Positions 1-12,768 are shown, counted from the whole stretch's first letter. The stretch is DNA of 57,220 nucleotides, filler included, from Sphacelaria rigidula (GCA_964200075.2; 3 parts of 3 records of this genome joined end to end with filler, not necessarily neighbours in it); one strand, 5' to 3'. Numbers and translations: made by a program. The notes: generated by a model not told the origin, from the sequence alone.

Positions 1-35
1 GCCGCCCGTCTCCCCCCCACCCCCCCCACCACAAG

Positions 36-69
<34 letters not shown>

Positions 70-2866
70 CCCTCAAAACTCAAAACTCAAAACTCGAAAT
101 TTCGATCTTGGGGGCCAATTTGTCCAAATGATGTTTCCTCGCTGCTCCCTGACACACCTGTCAATTACAATGAAGATGTCTGCAGACCTGTCGTCACTTG
201 AGAGCACAAACCATGGGCCTCACCGCTAGAATCGATAGAAGTACGAAACAGCTCTCGGGCAACGCGTGTCCCTGCGTTCGATCATATAGATTATAGATGC
301 ATATGCTGTGTGGGAATCTACGTTGCAGATTATGCCAAGTTGTGCTTCTCAAAAGCTCGCGTCGCAACGACCCTTGTACAGCAGCATAAATGTCATGCTC
401 TTCAGTATTTACAGCGTTTTCGCCATCTGCCAGACATTTCAGGGCCGGGGTTAGACATAAATGTTCTCACCCACGTGGCCAGTACTTATCTAAATGGGTA
501 GCGGGAAGAGCTCGTTATTGTGTGCCAGAAAGGAAAATTGGGATCAGACCTCTGCTGTCACTGCGCAGCTCTAACAACGTGGTAACACGGTTCGTCGTTC
601 CTAGTGATGAAATAATTCTGCCAAAGCTATATATTTTGTCATTAGAACCCCGGGGGCCTGGACGAAATTGTCCCTATCGCGGGAAGCAAAACTTAATGGG
701 CGTATCCTTACTCGGGGATGACCGTACTCTTTTCACAGAATTTCAAAATGATGTGTCTCGCACTCGATCGGGTGATGCCAATGACTCCGCGTATGCGTTG
801 TGCAATCCATCGTGGCGATAACGTTGACTTGCATCACATCACAGTAAAGTAGCGTACACCAAGGCCTGAAACGAAAGTGTTGTGCCGCCTGCGGGACGCG
901 AGTGCGAGACGTCCTTTCGCGGGCAAAATCGACTTTTTTTTTTTCACCCGGGGTGTTCCGTTGCCCGTCATTCATAACATAGTACGTATAACAATGTTTT
1001 CGTGAGATTGGTAGTCTACCTTTGATTGAGAGCGAGGTTTATTACTAGCTCTATCTAGACCAATTTTTCATCACGTGTGTGCTTTTCTTTGCTAACTCTG
1101 TCGCGACAGTCATGTCCTTCCAGCTACACGCCGGTATCCTATTAGGTACACCAAATGCTTCTGTGGCAAGCTATTACAGAAAGCGCATCGGGCCTTGTGT
1201 AAGGCCCAGGGGGGCATTTCGGAACTGAAAGTATGTAATTAGTCGACGGCTTCCCACTCTTGATCGTATCCTGGACTCTTTATCTCACGAAAGCATTGTG
1301 GTATGCCGTTGGGTACACTCAGTAATGATACTTGGTCATTAGAAGGACGTCCAGTACCATGTCCATTAACATGGCTACATCGAGTCAGGAAAGGCAGTAG
1401 AGGTCGGCAGTATCGTTACATCGACTGTTCAAGACTGCATCAACCGGGCTCTGCGACAATAGAATAATACGCGAAGCACGTGTTCAGAAAGATCTGGTGT
1501 AAATATTGTTAATACGATGAACAGATTTCGTTCAAGTCGAGGATATTGTGTCTTGAAAATACGTTCGTGAAAAAATCATCACTTGCGGGTGATACTCCGT
1601 CGCCTAGTCGTGCATTGCAGTTCTACATGTCAAATCAGCCCAAGCCTAGAACAAGTGTCTGTCGAGTGACGGGATCCCGTGTGCCGATCGACGCGTCATG
1701 TGCTGCTGCTACACATCTGCTGAGATAACTACAGTGTGCAAGCACTGCAACAAAGGCGAGCGACTTCGAAGTTGACGCTCCGCTCCGCTTTGTGAGTCGT
1801 TCCAGCAGCGAACCCGAGACCATCTGCCTCCTCGATTTCGAAGATTCTCATCTACATGGTGGCTCTTGATCAACGCGTTAGACTTCCACCCCTGTACAGC
1901 ATTTCGTTTCCGAGGCGCTCGCTGCGCGGATCCAGTGCACTCCGCACGCAAGCGATTGTCCCGAAGACTCGCGTGTTCATGTGGAAATAAACACACCCCA
2001 TCCCCCATCCGGAAGAGTACATGACGACACGGTTCGACTGACACCTTCCATTCCCTTGTATCAAACGATGCAGAGAGCGCAGCAGTGGGAGGTTTTGGGG
2101 TTCGTGCGAGGCGCTCACCGTGCGCTTGTGGCGAAGTACTGTCTCATGCTGGACATGTTTGCATTTATTTAGAGCAGTTTCTCCGAAGCTGCCAGATACC
2201 AAAACGAGTTATAACTCTCGAGCATGGGTAATATACACCGATGCCCCTCTTCCATTTCGCCCGTCGTTCTTCGGGTGTATACTGGCTGTGCAACATCTTC
2301 CTTCTCACCTACTCACTCAATAGCATGTCAACACTGCGAGAAACACGGCCGCTGCACGCTCGCGGCACAAGGATATTTCCGCACACCGCCGTGCATGACA
2401 ACTGCTAGTAAAGCTCTGGTACCCCCCCCCCCCCGGCCACGTGTCTGTATTCATCGTACCGAATTTATGCCTGTCGAGCCAATGTATGCATGTTTACTTC
2501 TCACACGAACGGTATTTTCATGCGTCAATACTGGATCCCTCCCCCTCTTCAGAATTGGATTATTTGAATCTCAAAAGTTACCCAGAGATTGGAGGCTGCA
2601 TGTTTGACGCCTTGGCATAATACCGCAATGTCCCGAAAAATGTATTTTTTGGGGGGGAAAACGTGTTGTTGGGCTGCTTGTCTCTGCATTTGAGACATCT
2701 TTCACCAGACAGATTGAAATTGTGCTATTATTGCCTGTGGATATATACATGCCATTGGTGCCTGGAGTATGTGGTGACCGTGGCCTGAAAGTTGATTTGG
2801 TATGGCATCGGGACGTGCGGCAGTCATTACCTTCGATCCTTTCTTTTCGCTTATGTCCTTTTGAGC

Positions 2867-3372
2867 GTTGGCGTCGATTGGCAACGACGCTGTAAAGTAC
2901 GCCACTCACTGCGCAAGCTAGGCAACCAGGTTACTATTTTTTCCCCCCCGTTTGCGTTTTTTTTAGGGTATCTATGAGGGTGGTCGAGCTGCATGACATT
3001 GTGCGGGGTGGGAGACCTCAACTCCGCGCAAAGGGGATAATCGTACTATGTAGTGTTTGAATTGGTGAGGCACCCATGAGGCAGTGTGTAACCCGTGGGT
3101 GTATTCGGAGGTGGCGATACCAGAAAATGAAGCATCTTATTGTAGGCTGTCATCCAGATGAAAGACCCTTAGTACGCTTAGGGCCGAACAATCTTAGCAG
3201 GATGCAGCTCACCCTTCATGCGACTCGCCGAACGCATCACGGCGCTTCACGCTTGGTAATTGATTGTGAGCCTGGTCCGGCGAGAACCCAGCGTGCGTCG
3301 CCCTGTCTCTGCAGGGATGCGAAGTCAATGGAACCCTTGTGACTTCGGCATGCAAGATCACGAGTACATCCC
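2867..3372 (+). mobile_element. ~0.5-kb non-coding interspersed element ending GGCATGCAAGATCA(C/T)GAGTACA-poly(C); long copy 1
   Basis: Colinear reverse-complement homology with 54715-55211; partial copies at 24352-24478, 26390-26515, 48228-48262 and 54177-54193. Confidence 0.85.
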
Positions 3373-3423
3373 CTCCTTCCCCTCCCTCCTTCTCGCGCGC
3401 CGTTGTCTATCGTTTTCACGTAG

Positions 3424-6400
3424 CTCGTCGGTCGCTTGGCCACCCAAATAGCACCCATTCTTCGAGGCAAGCATAAGCCCACGTTTTGCGCCAACGACGA
3501 CTGCGGCGACTATGTAGTGGTCGTAAATGCTGGCGAAGTAGAGTTTTCGGGGAACAAGTGGAAGGGCAAGGTACGCGAATGTTTTGGTGCTGAGTTTGTT
3601 GCTACTTGCACACACTTTTTCTGCCCTGTCTGGTTGAACTGTAGGGGGACCTTCTTCCAGGCCTTGAAATGGTGATAACGAAGAATGTTTTCCGATCAAT
3701 GTGTGGTTGTGTGTGGGATAGAGCGAGAGATAGCAAAGCATCGGGGGAGAGCTCGAGAATGCAAATGTTGCGGAATTGGAAATAAGCATCACATTTGATC
3801 TATAATAGCTCTGTGTTCTGAGGTGATGCGACTGATTGATTTATCGGTTGGTTGATTGATTGTCGCACATTAACTGACACCCGACGGTTCGCGCCTTTCT
3901 CACATGATAACAAACAGAAATCAGCTATTATACGTTGCACATATTACTTGTACGTCTTCAAGTTGCCGCAAGTCGTAGCCGAGATTATGTGCAACTCAAT
4001 ATATGCTATTTTGTGTCGCGTCTCAACTCTCCATGGCACACACGCTCTACAAAGCCAGAAACAATGCTTGTATTGCAGGGTGCTATGATTTTGGTTGAGC
4101 CCTTCGACCATATATATCTTGACTGAAAATGCTTGGTGTGGCAGGGGGCGACTCTAGTAGTGGATAACTCTTTCATGACGAAGCTGTGACGGTGTCCTTG
4201 ATGCGAGAGTATCCGTGTGTACGAGAGACGAGCTACTGTATACGAAAGTTCACGCTGGCCTGAACAACGTGCAGGAGTAGAGTGAGCACCTTGAAGTCTA
4301 ACAATTAAAAGTAGGTTTTGTTCGTGGCTTGACAGCTTACGTGTGTGCTGCGTGACTCCGGAGCAGGGTGAGTGTGGGTGGCGAGTGTTGGGTGCTTTTG
4401 GCATGGCGTCGGTATGCACCAATTCGAATTGGTACGCCCGCGTTGCGAACCCAACTAGACCTCTCTGACAACATATAGATCGGCTCTTCCTGCCTTGGTG
4501 TTGCCTTTGGTGTGCAGTTTGTGCGCGATGGTATCCCTCCGCACAAACCAAATCGGGGCTCTTTTACGGTGTGCTACTTTGCTTGCTTCGGATACTTTCA
4601 CACGGCATTACTTCCCCATGTTGCGTTTCGGACTTTGATGCGGTCGATAACCTCATGTGTCTAGACAGGGCAAACAACGCTGATTAAAAGACGCCGTGGT
4701 TTGCTTCAACTTGAAAAATCCATTCCTCGATCTTTGCTTTTAAAATTTCTGTCCTGCAAGGGACTACGTTTTTTCTCGAAGCTTTCCGTGGTTGTCAAAT
4801 TATCGCAGAAGCAGTATCATCGTGTTTCGAAAAATCGGGACGCCATGAGGAGGCCTTTATTTTTTCTCAAGTCCTTCCAACCCGCTTTCTGTACGCTGTC
4901 ATCTTGCCACCCCCCTCCCCCCCCCCCCTCACCTTCCTTCCCGCCCTCCATGCTTTTCGCGCGTCGGCCCGAAAATTCACGGTTGCCAGGTTTACAAATA
5001 TCACACGGGATTCCCCGGCGGACTGAAAGAGCGACGAGCAGACTGGCAGCTACAAAAGAAACCTGAAGAGGTGCAGTCCTTGAGGGGGGGGGGGATTAGT
5101 GCCGTCATGTTTGTTGTTTATCGTAGGCGCTGCTATCGTGTATTTCAGGGAATTGACACCCTCCGGTGGTCGTGTGTTCAAACGAATTTTGCTATGATCG
5201 GGGCAAAGTTATACCGCGCTGGTTTACAACCGCGGGTATGAACGCATTCAAGGGGAGTGTTCATTCCCCTCTAGCTTCCGAGAGAGTCAGAGCTGAAGAA
5301 TTCACCAGCAAAGCTTCTGTGGCACAATCGATGCGAACACCCCCGATATACACTCTTTGAGCACTGTACGATATGGCTGGTAGATCTGCATGTACGGTGT
5401 AGAGGGGTCAGGGCCGAAAGCATAACTTATTCTCGGCACTAAAGACACCTTTTACTGGCGATGGCCACTGTACGGGGTGAGCTCACACGTTGCTGCTGAT
5501 GTCATCGGGAAACTTCACGTTCTACAGGCCCTCTTCATCGCGTATTGGTATACATTGTAACCTACATAGGCCCACCTAAGCTGTGGTCGATGCCCATCTA
5601 TGCTGTGGTCGATGCCCATCTATGCTGTGGTCGATTGGCCGTATGTTGATCGACTGGTAGATTTCCCACCGGTTGCTTGCCGGGTAGGTGTGGCCTTAGG
5701 TATTATAAGCCGGTTGCCTCGAGGGTGGAACTCGACGCGTATTTTCGACTTGGGTGGTTGGGTACTCGGCGTAGCTGGAAGGTAATCAGTACTTCCGGCA
5801 GTCGATACCCTGCGTACCCTGGAGTACCCAGTATTCTTGAGAGTCGCGACCTAGCATACCGTGGGGTACCTGTACTGTACTAAATAAGTTCGTGATTGTG
5901 CATGAGGGGGTAGAGGAGGGTGAGGGGTGTGGAGCCCTATTGACATGCTTGCTCGCGATTCGCGATACGGCTTTTCCGGCATACAGTAGAAGGCGGTCCA
6001 ACTATTTATGGGTGTTTCGGGGTTTTACTCGCGTACTACTCTTCGATATAACTCGAAATTGCTAGCGTCGGTAGATTTTGGTACAACAAAACAGATCACC
6101 TTCGAAACACAATGTCCAAGTCAGTTTTTATTGGTGTTATCGGGCAAAACGAGTAAATACCCCGTTTATCAGGAGGGTGTTATTGACCGTGAAGCACAGT
6201 TTTTCGGCTCTAGTATACTAAGTAGGCAGAATTTCAAAAAAGTAAAACTGAACATATTTTTACAAATATGATCGGGACGAGCTCGATCAACCGAAAATAC
6301 AGAAGAGTAAGAACCTGGGCTGAAACGTGGCAGGACCCCCGATTTTTTCTTCTTGGAATGTGGAGCGGATACAAAAATCTTGAGATCCCCGACGTAATGA

Positions 6401-9400
6401 GGGTGGCAAGCGAAAAGAGCCCAAGAAACTCGCCAATCACGAAAAAATCACAAAACGCCACAACATAGATAGTTAGACTGCCCACTACTGTACGTCAAAT
6501 TTGTAGTTAGCGGCGTTGCTTTGGCCAAGTTCGAGGAACTGATACGTTGATGCACTGTACATTCGACACGTTTCTATCTATACCCGGCGCGACGGGTGAA
6601 CTGAGGAAGAAAACGCTCATCTTCCGTAGAACTCCGCACATCATTTGGACACAATAACAGTCGAAATATACATGATCTAAAAGTCACAGGCACCGTAGGT
6701 AAGGTAGGTACCCGGTACCAGTACTTGGGACATCTCATTCCCTACGGATACCGGTCCAATCGGGTATTTTCAAATGTGATACCACGGTATTTCGAGATAC
6801 TCAATACCTACCATACCCGCTCGATCGGGTATTTTCAAAACTCATACCTCCGCTACCCACGATACCACGGTATGTCGAGATTTCGATACCTACCGTACCC
6901 GCTCAATCGGGTATTTTCAAAGCTCATACCTACGATACCTGCAATACCACGGTATTTCGATATTTCACTACCTACCCTGCCCGCTCAATCAGTTCTTTTG
7001 AAAACTCATCCCTACGATACCTACGATACCTACGATACCACGGTATTTCGAGATTTCAATATCTACCCGCTCAATCAGGTATTTTCAAAACTCATACCTA
7101 CGATACCCACGCATAGCACGGTATGGGATACCTCGGTAAATAACCGGTAATACCGGACGCGATGCACTTCTCACGGTGCAGCAGCTGGTCCGAACTTAGT
7201 ATGCAAAGTTCAGAAGTCGTCAGACCAGGTACGTCTCGTTTTCACAAGTAATATATACCCATATCCCCCCCGATTTGCGTGTTTGGATCAATTTGAATGA
7301 ACTCATTGCTATGTAGTCTGAAGTGCGGTCGATTGTTCTCTNNNNNNNNNNTCTGACAGGTCCATCGCATTTCTCTTCTTAAAAGGCTTCAGCTCTAATT
7401 TGTAATTAGTGGCGCACGGAGAAACACTACAAAACAAATAACCCAACTTTTTTCGATCGAAAACATTTGATCGAAAGGCTCGAAGCGGCACTTGACTCCC
7501 ATCTTACAGACCACGCCAGATAACATCCGTTCGCATAACCATGCTAACACCATCCAACTTATTGTCAGCTACCATCCCGACCCTGCAGCATCCAGTACCA
7601 GTTGAGCACAGGGATAGGTACGCTGCTGTAGTTGGGTCTGCTTTGTTTATCATTCGTTGGCAAAAACTCGCACATGTTGTTCCATGGTAGGATCAGCGAC
7701 GGAACTACGTGGTACGGTGCGCAACCGAGTTGCGTACACGCTCATGGACAGTGCAAGCAGTACAAAGCTGCACGTTGTTGAAGTCCTTTTCACGTCGCAT
7801 TGTGAGCAGAGAGAACTGATAGTCCTGGGCTGTCTGCACTGCACGTTGCCCGCTTCTCTTGAAAATCCTTCCGTACGAAACATGCACACGCGCACTCGAG
7901 ACACTGCTGGCAAGCAGCGCAGACAGTACAGACTGTCTATACTGTACACAAGTGACCATGGACCGTTTCGCGAATTTCACCGTCTTTTTTCGATTAAGAG
8001 CTTGAAGATTCGATTGGACCCAACTCGACAAAAATGTGCAATTTTCGCTCAAATCAATTCCACCGCCACATTTTTTCGATATATATATATATATATAAAT
8101 ATGTGTCAAGACAGACCCTGAAACGCTTCTCCGCACTGCCGGATGACAGTTTTGCATTCAGTATAGAGGGTGAAGCAGGTACCCGGTGCTGGTATTTGGG
8201 ACATCTCATACCCTACCGATACCGATTCAATCGGGTATTCATCAAAACTCATACCCACGATACCCTCGATACCACGGTATTTAGAGATACCAGTACCTAC
8301 CGTACCTGCCCAATCGGGTATTCATCAAAACTCATACCTACAATACCGCGGTATTTCGAGATATCAATACCTACCGTACCCGCTCAATCAGGTATTTTCA
8401 AAACTCATACCTGCGATACCTACGATACCTACAATACCACGGTATTCGAGATACCAATACCTACCGTACCCGCTCAATCAGGTATTTTCACAACTCATAC
8501 CTACGATACCCACGCATACCACGGTATGGGATACCCGGGTAGATACTGGAGGTACGCTCGGTGCGTTACCTACGGTTCCTGTGCAAAATGCAAATAAACA
8601 ACTTCCCACCATTTTTTGTGCGAAATATTGAACTTTAAAATACACCTGGCAGCTTGCTATCGTGCAGGTGAGGGTATCGGAGAAAATTCAAATGTTACGG
8701 AGCTTTTTAGTACAGGGTAAATTCCAGTTCTGGTGTACCCTGGCATATGGAGTATTTTCGGGTGTCGACACCCAGGATACCCTGGAAAACTAAGTTTCCC
8801 ACAGGTACGCTGGGTTCCTCTGAATTAGTGAACTTTCTGGGCAGTCGGCACTGTGTATATCCAGCGTACTGAGAGCATCTTGTCAATGCTCTGGGTACAA
8901 TACCGGGTACTCTGGGGAGTGGGTAACCGAAGTACCTTGAAGTACTGAGTTTCTTCGATAATCGGTACCTTGGGCACCCGAAGTACAAAGTGTTTGTATG
9001 CATTCATCCGGGTACCACACCGGATATTTCGAGGGGCGAGTATCCTGTGGTACTCCGAACTGCCGGCAGTACCCGAAGTAAAGAATGTTTACTCACCCAA
9101 GGAACATGGTGCTTGTATTTCATTATTCCGGGTACGACACTGAGTGTTTCGGGGGACGGGTACCCGACGTTACCCGCACTTTCGGCAGTCGGTACCCTGG
9201 GTACTCTAGAACGCTGACTGGCTGCCGATACCCTGGGTACCCTGGAATACTGTGTACTGTGGTAGTCGATACCCGTGCATACCCTGGGGTACTGGGTACT
9301 CCAAATACTATGGAAATCCAGGGTACCCCAGGGCATGTGCGGTACCCTAACCACCTTCGTACTAGTTCAATTTTGTATATTTATATATATATGTTGTGGT

Positions 9401-10288
9401 TAGGCAATATGTTGCTGCCCGGGTGGTCCGATATGTAATGATAAGGCAATATACTTACAATCCTGCCACATACATCGCTCCTTCGATATGTCCTTTGCAT
9501 GGCGTTCACACTATGGCCGGCCGACAGGGACACAGATTTTAGTTTTCCTTGGCGTGGAAGACTTGCAGTTTCACCTGATATTTTTATTGGTCTTGTCGGG
9601 CGCAAACTGAATGGATGGCGTTGCGTTTTCGTTTCGCCATAGCTTCACGTCCGTTCGCCTTCCCCTTCTTCTTTACTTCAACTCTCGAATCTTGAATTAG
9701 GCGCAACAATCCACCCTAACGCTGATCCACACAAGGCGGCGGTGACGCATATTGTCAAGCGTTAAGCCTACGCTACGTTATATCCGTCTCACCTTGTGTT
9801 GAGTAAGATTCCATCTAACTGCCGAACGTATCGTTGTAAATCTATTTACCCTTCCCGAACCAAACGAAAAAATACCAAAATATCGTATCCAGGTCCTACG
9901 AAGAGCGGTTATGGGCATGCTCCCCAAGAACGACTTGCGCAGACGAATGACCACAAAGCTACGCATCTACGCCGGACCCTCCCACCCTCATGAGGACGAG
10001 CTACCACTTGACACGGCGGAAAATCTGCTTGTGGAGCGGGAACGAACTTTCAGGGATGAGGACGCAGATAAGGTGGAAGTCTTCACGGCCGAGGAGCAGG
10101 CAGAGTGGGATAAATTCCAAGTTGAGGCGTACGCGTGGCAGATGGAGAAATTCGGCAAGGTGCTGGGTGGTACAGAGGAGGAGAACGCTGCAGCGGAGAG
10201 GAAGGAGCAAGAGGCGCAGCGGAAAGCGCTTGCTGCCAAGGGCAAGGGCAGGAGAAGTGAGACGGCAAGGAAGAGACCACCGCAGTAG
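3424..10288 (+). CDS. MRPL13: Bacterial-type ribosomal protein uL13, probably mitochondrial; spliced, 5' exon(s) not identified. Exons 3424-3570, 4990-5070, 9893-10288
   Basis: Three phase-0 exons with AG/GT boundaries join to [109 protein letters not shown]..., which carries the uL13 motifs GRLA, GKHKP, GDxVVVxNA, HTGxPGGLK and GMLPKN. Mitochondrial targeting is inferred because rpl13 is normally plastid-encoded in red-lineage plastids. Confidence 0.93.
5580..5634. repeat. 22-bp tandem repeat (GCTGTGGTCGATGCCCATCTAT) x ~2.5
   Basis: Directly visible. Confidence 0.9.
5984..6490. mobile_element. Tc1/mariner-type MITE (507 bp) in a uL13 intron
   Basis: TA|CAGTAGAAGGCGGTCCAACTATTTATG ... CATAGATAGTTAGACTGCCCACTACTG|TA: ~27-bp imperfect TIRs starting CAGT with a TA target duplication; no coding capacity. 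Confidence 0.85.
6692..7156. repeat. Non-autonomous element with an internal ~60-70-bp tandem array (GTACCCGCTCAATCRGGTATTTTCAAAACTCATACCTACGATACC...), copy 1
   Basis: About 5 internal units; colinear with 8175-8576. Confidence 0.8.
7341..7350. other. 10-N assembly gap
   Basis: Run of 10 N. Confidence 0.97.
8175..8576. repeat. Copy 2 of the GATACC/GGTATT array element
   Basis: Same head (GGGACATCTCAT.CCCTAC.GATACCG), internal units and tail (CACGGTATGGGATACC) as 6692-7156. Confidence 0.8.
8707..9365. repeat. GGTACC/GAGTAC-rich fold-back-type element; related fragment at 5786-5883
   Basis: Dense GGGTACCC/GGGTACTC motifs in both orientations; termini TAGTAC...GTACTA. Confidence 0.6.
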
Positions 10289-11139
10289 TAGCATGCATTT
10301 CCAGCGTTGAGCGCGCAGCACATAGTATCCTTGTGGTCATTGGGAGAGATTTGGACGAAGAGCAGTCGTGCTCCGACATCTTGCTGTTGCCCCAGGCAAG
10401 GCCTCATCCTCCAGCAATGTACAGTCATGCCTACCTTCATCAGAATGCGGGAGCATTTGTGTAAGATCTTGCTCGGGAAAGGTTTGGTGTGGTTCAGCGT
10501 TTTGTGGCATGTGCAGCTTTTTTGCGCGTGCAGTCCGTCGTTGGTGTCCCTTTGAGGATTTATTCCATGAGTTGGGGCCTATCAAACAAGTGGCAGAACA
10601 CCAAAATGGACAACGGCAACATTACACGGTGGTCATGGCAGAATTGAAGCATTCCGAGGATGCTAGTTCACAAGATCCCCACACAAGGCCTTGAGGTCTT
10701 TCCCCAATAAAATGGTAGCCGGGCAGGATAACACGACCTTGTTCTCGAATCGCCTCGGGTCTTGTACTGCACGGGCTCCCGTCATTGCAGAGGTCCGAAG
10801 GGCCAATCTGGAGTCAGACGAAGTGCGATACATTCCCAATCCCGAGTTACCGAAACGCCCTACAAAGCTACGTTATTGTTTGTCCGTCGTTTCCGTGATG
10901 GACACCCACCTTTCATGGTAAACGCACTGGCCGCATCGCGTGCCCTCGTTATTCTGGGGAACGCCCTACCGCGGAATTTTGGGACGTCGTCCCAACAATC
11001 CGGTTTTCCCCAGTAGTACCCTGGAGTCTGCGAAAGAAGATAATGATGTTTCTTGTCTGTCCGAACCCTTCACTCCTCAGGCGTGACCCTTGCCAATTTT
11101 TCAACTTTCGGCTCATCTCACCCCTGGCGTTTGACCCCG

Positions 11140-11520
11140 GTGCGGCAACGACTACCGATAGCCATCACGCGAGCGCTCGGCCTTGGCCAAACCCCACCTC
11201 CAGGGGTGGCGTGTGTGCCACTTTTCACATTTGACTGAATAAGCCCAATCGTGGGGAGTGTTATTTAAAGGCTGCAAGTTCCAACCCACCAGCGTACCAT
11301 ACGGATTATCTACTACGCGGTGGGTGTACATTACAGCAATTGGCAATGTTGTGATGAGGTCGCCATGCACGATACGCCTATTCGAAGTCAAACTGGCAAC
11401 GGCCACCGACGGTCATCACGCGAGCGCTCGGCCTGGGCCAAAGCCCAGCTCCTGGGGTGCCGTGTGTATCAACTTCTCACATTTGACAGAAAAACCCCAA
11501 TCGTGGGGGGTATTGTTCCA
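11140..11520. repeat. Diverged direct repeat, ~130 bp, ~253-bp period
   Basis: CATCACGCGAGCGCTCGGCCT..TCACATTTGAC..CCCAATCGTGGGG at ~11163-11256 and ~11414-11508. Confidence 0.8.
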
Positions 11521-12528
11521 ATTTCACAACGTGAAGTCGGTTTCTGCCGCGGGTAAAAAGTCGACTAGGTGGTTTTTTGCGACTCGATTCTTGCGATAGG
11601 TTTTTTGCTAGATTTTCCCACTCTAAAACCACTATCGGTTTCGGTTCTCTGGGAATATTTTCGTCAGACATCAAACGCATCCTGCTCCAAGGGGCACCCG
11701 GACACACAGCAGGTGCCGCTGCCTACCTCGTACCATCCTCCAAATCGAAGGCTAGAGTGAGAACGCCCAGCGTTTGGTGCATACGTACAAGGGAGGATGA
11801 TCTTAATCGAGTATCATGCTCCAAAACATACCTGACAAGGGGGCAACACCCCCGTACAGACAAGTCCCGACAGTCTGGCAGCCGGCAGGGTGGTCATGGT
11901 AGTGTCCTTCTGGCGATGTTGACTTACAGTGCACTGGAGCAGACTTTGCAGGTGAATATTTCGGCGATTGCCTCACCTACAATTCGCCCAGATGTTGCGG
12001 TTTGTCCCTCGATATCACATACATGTACAGGTGGAAATATACCAGACCCTCCGTTACATTATAAGTCGAGATGCACCAGACCATGGAAATGCACCCATCC
12101 GTGAACAAGAGATTTCTACATTCAGTACGAACACTTTCTTGAAAGTGCAGTGCGTAAAGTCAGTGTCTTGTCGTCCCATCTATTCTGGACGCCAGTCTCC
12201 ACCTTTCGGTATATATGTGGGCGCACCAACCGGGGCCATACAGTTTCACCCAAGATACAGGCAGCCATTGAAGCGGCGGAGGCGGCCTTTTACTCCTGCG
12301 TGCGCCATCTGGGGCAAACGCACGCCGTAGCTGCAAGATGGACAGCTTTACAAAATATGACTTAGCAAAATAGCGCGTAGCGAGGCGCGATATCCTGCGT
12401 GCACGTTGGCCGCGATACAAGCGGCTGGATTCATGACGTAGCGAACTGCATAGGACAATGCGAAATCGATGCAGGACAGGGATAGGCTAAAAATTCAATG
12501 TCCTGCGGTATGCTATGTCACCCTGCAT

Positions 12529-12768
12529 CCTATTCCGTGGCCCGTGGCGAAGGATATATAGTTTTATCTTTTATATTATTGGAGAGTGCCTTGACGTAGT
12601 CGACCCTATGATAGAGGGATCAGATGTGTAGTGGGCTCAGGTGGCAGCGTGGCGGCCGGCCTGAGCGTGGTACTGGAGTCACACACACTTGACTACCAGT
12701 ACCCGTGCGTCAGCATAAATCTATCCGCACATGTACATGTTCCCTCAGTGTACCCGTTCACATGAGCA
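12529..12768 (-). repeat. 3' LTR of the Copia element
   Basis: About 15 mismatches over ~238 nt against 18457-18694 (hand count); outer terminus degraded or truncated. Confidence 0.92.

Noticed and set aside
100..2860. Missing first uL13 exon or an independent gene
   Set aside because: No exon encoding the expected WxxxDA motif with a phase-0 donor was found; the short ORFs lack recognisable homology.
6725..8631. Regularly spaced repeats that superficially resemble a CRISPR array, and the IPTIP/YDTYD ORFs
   Set aside because: The 'spacers' are themselves repeated, there are no cas genes, the context is a eukaryotic intron, and the ORFs are translations of the tandem array.
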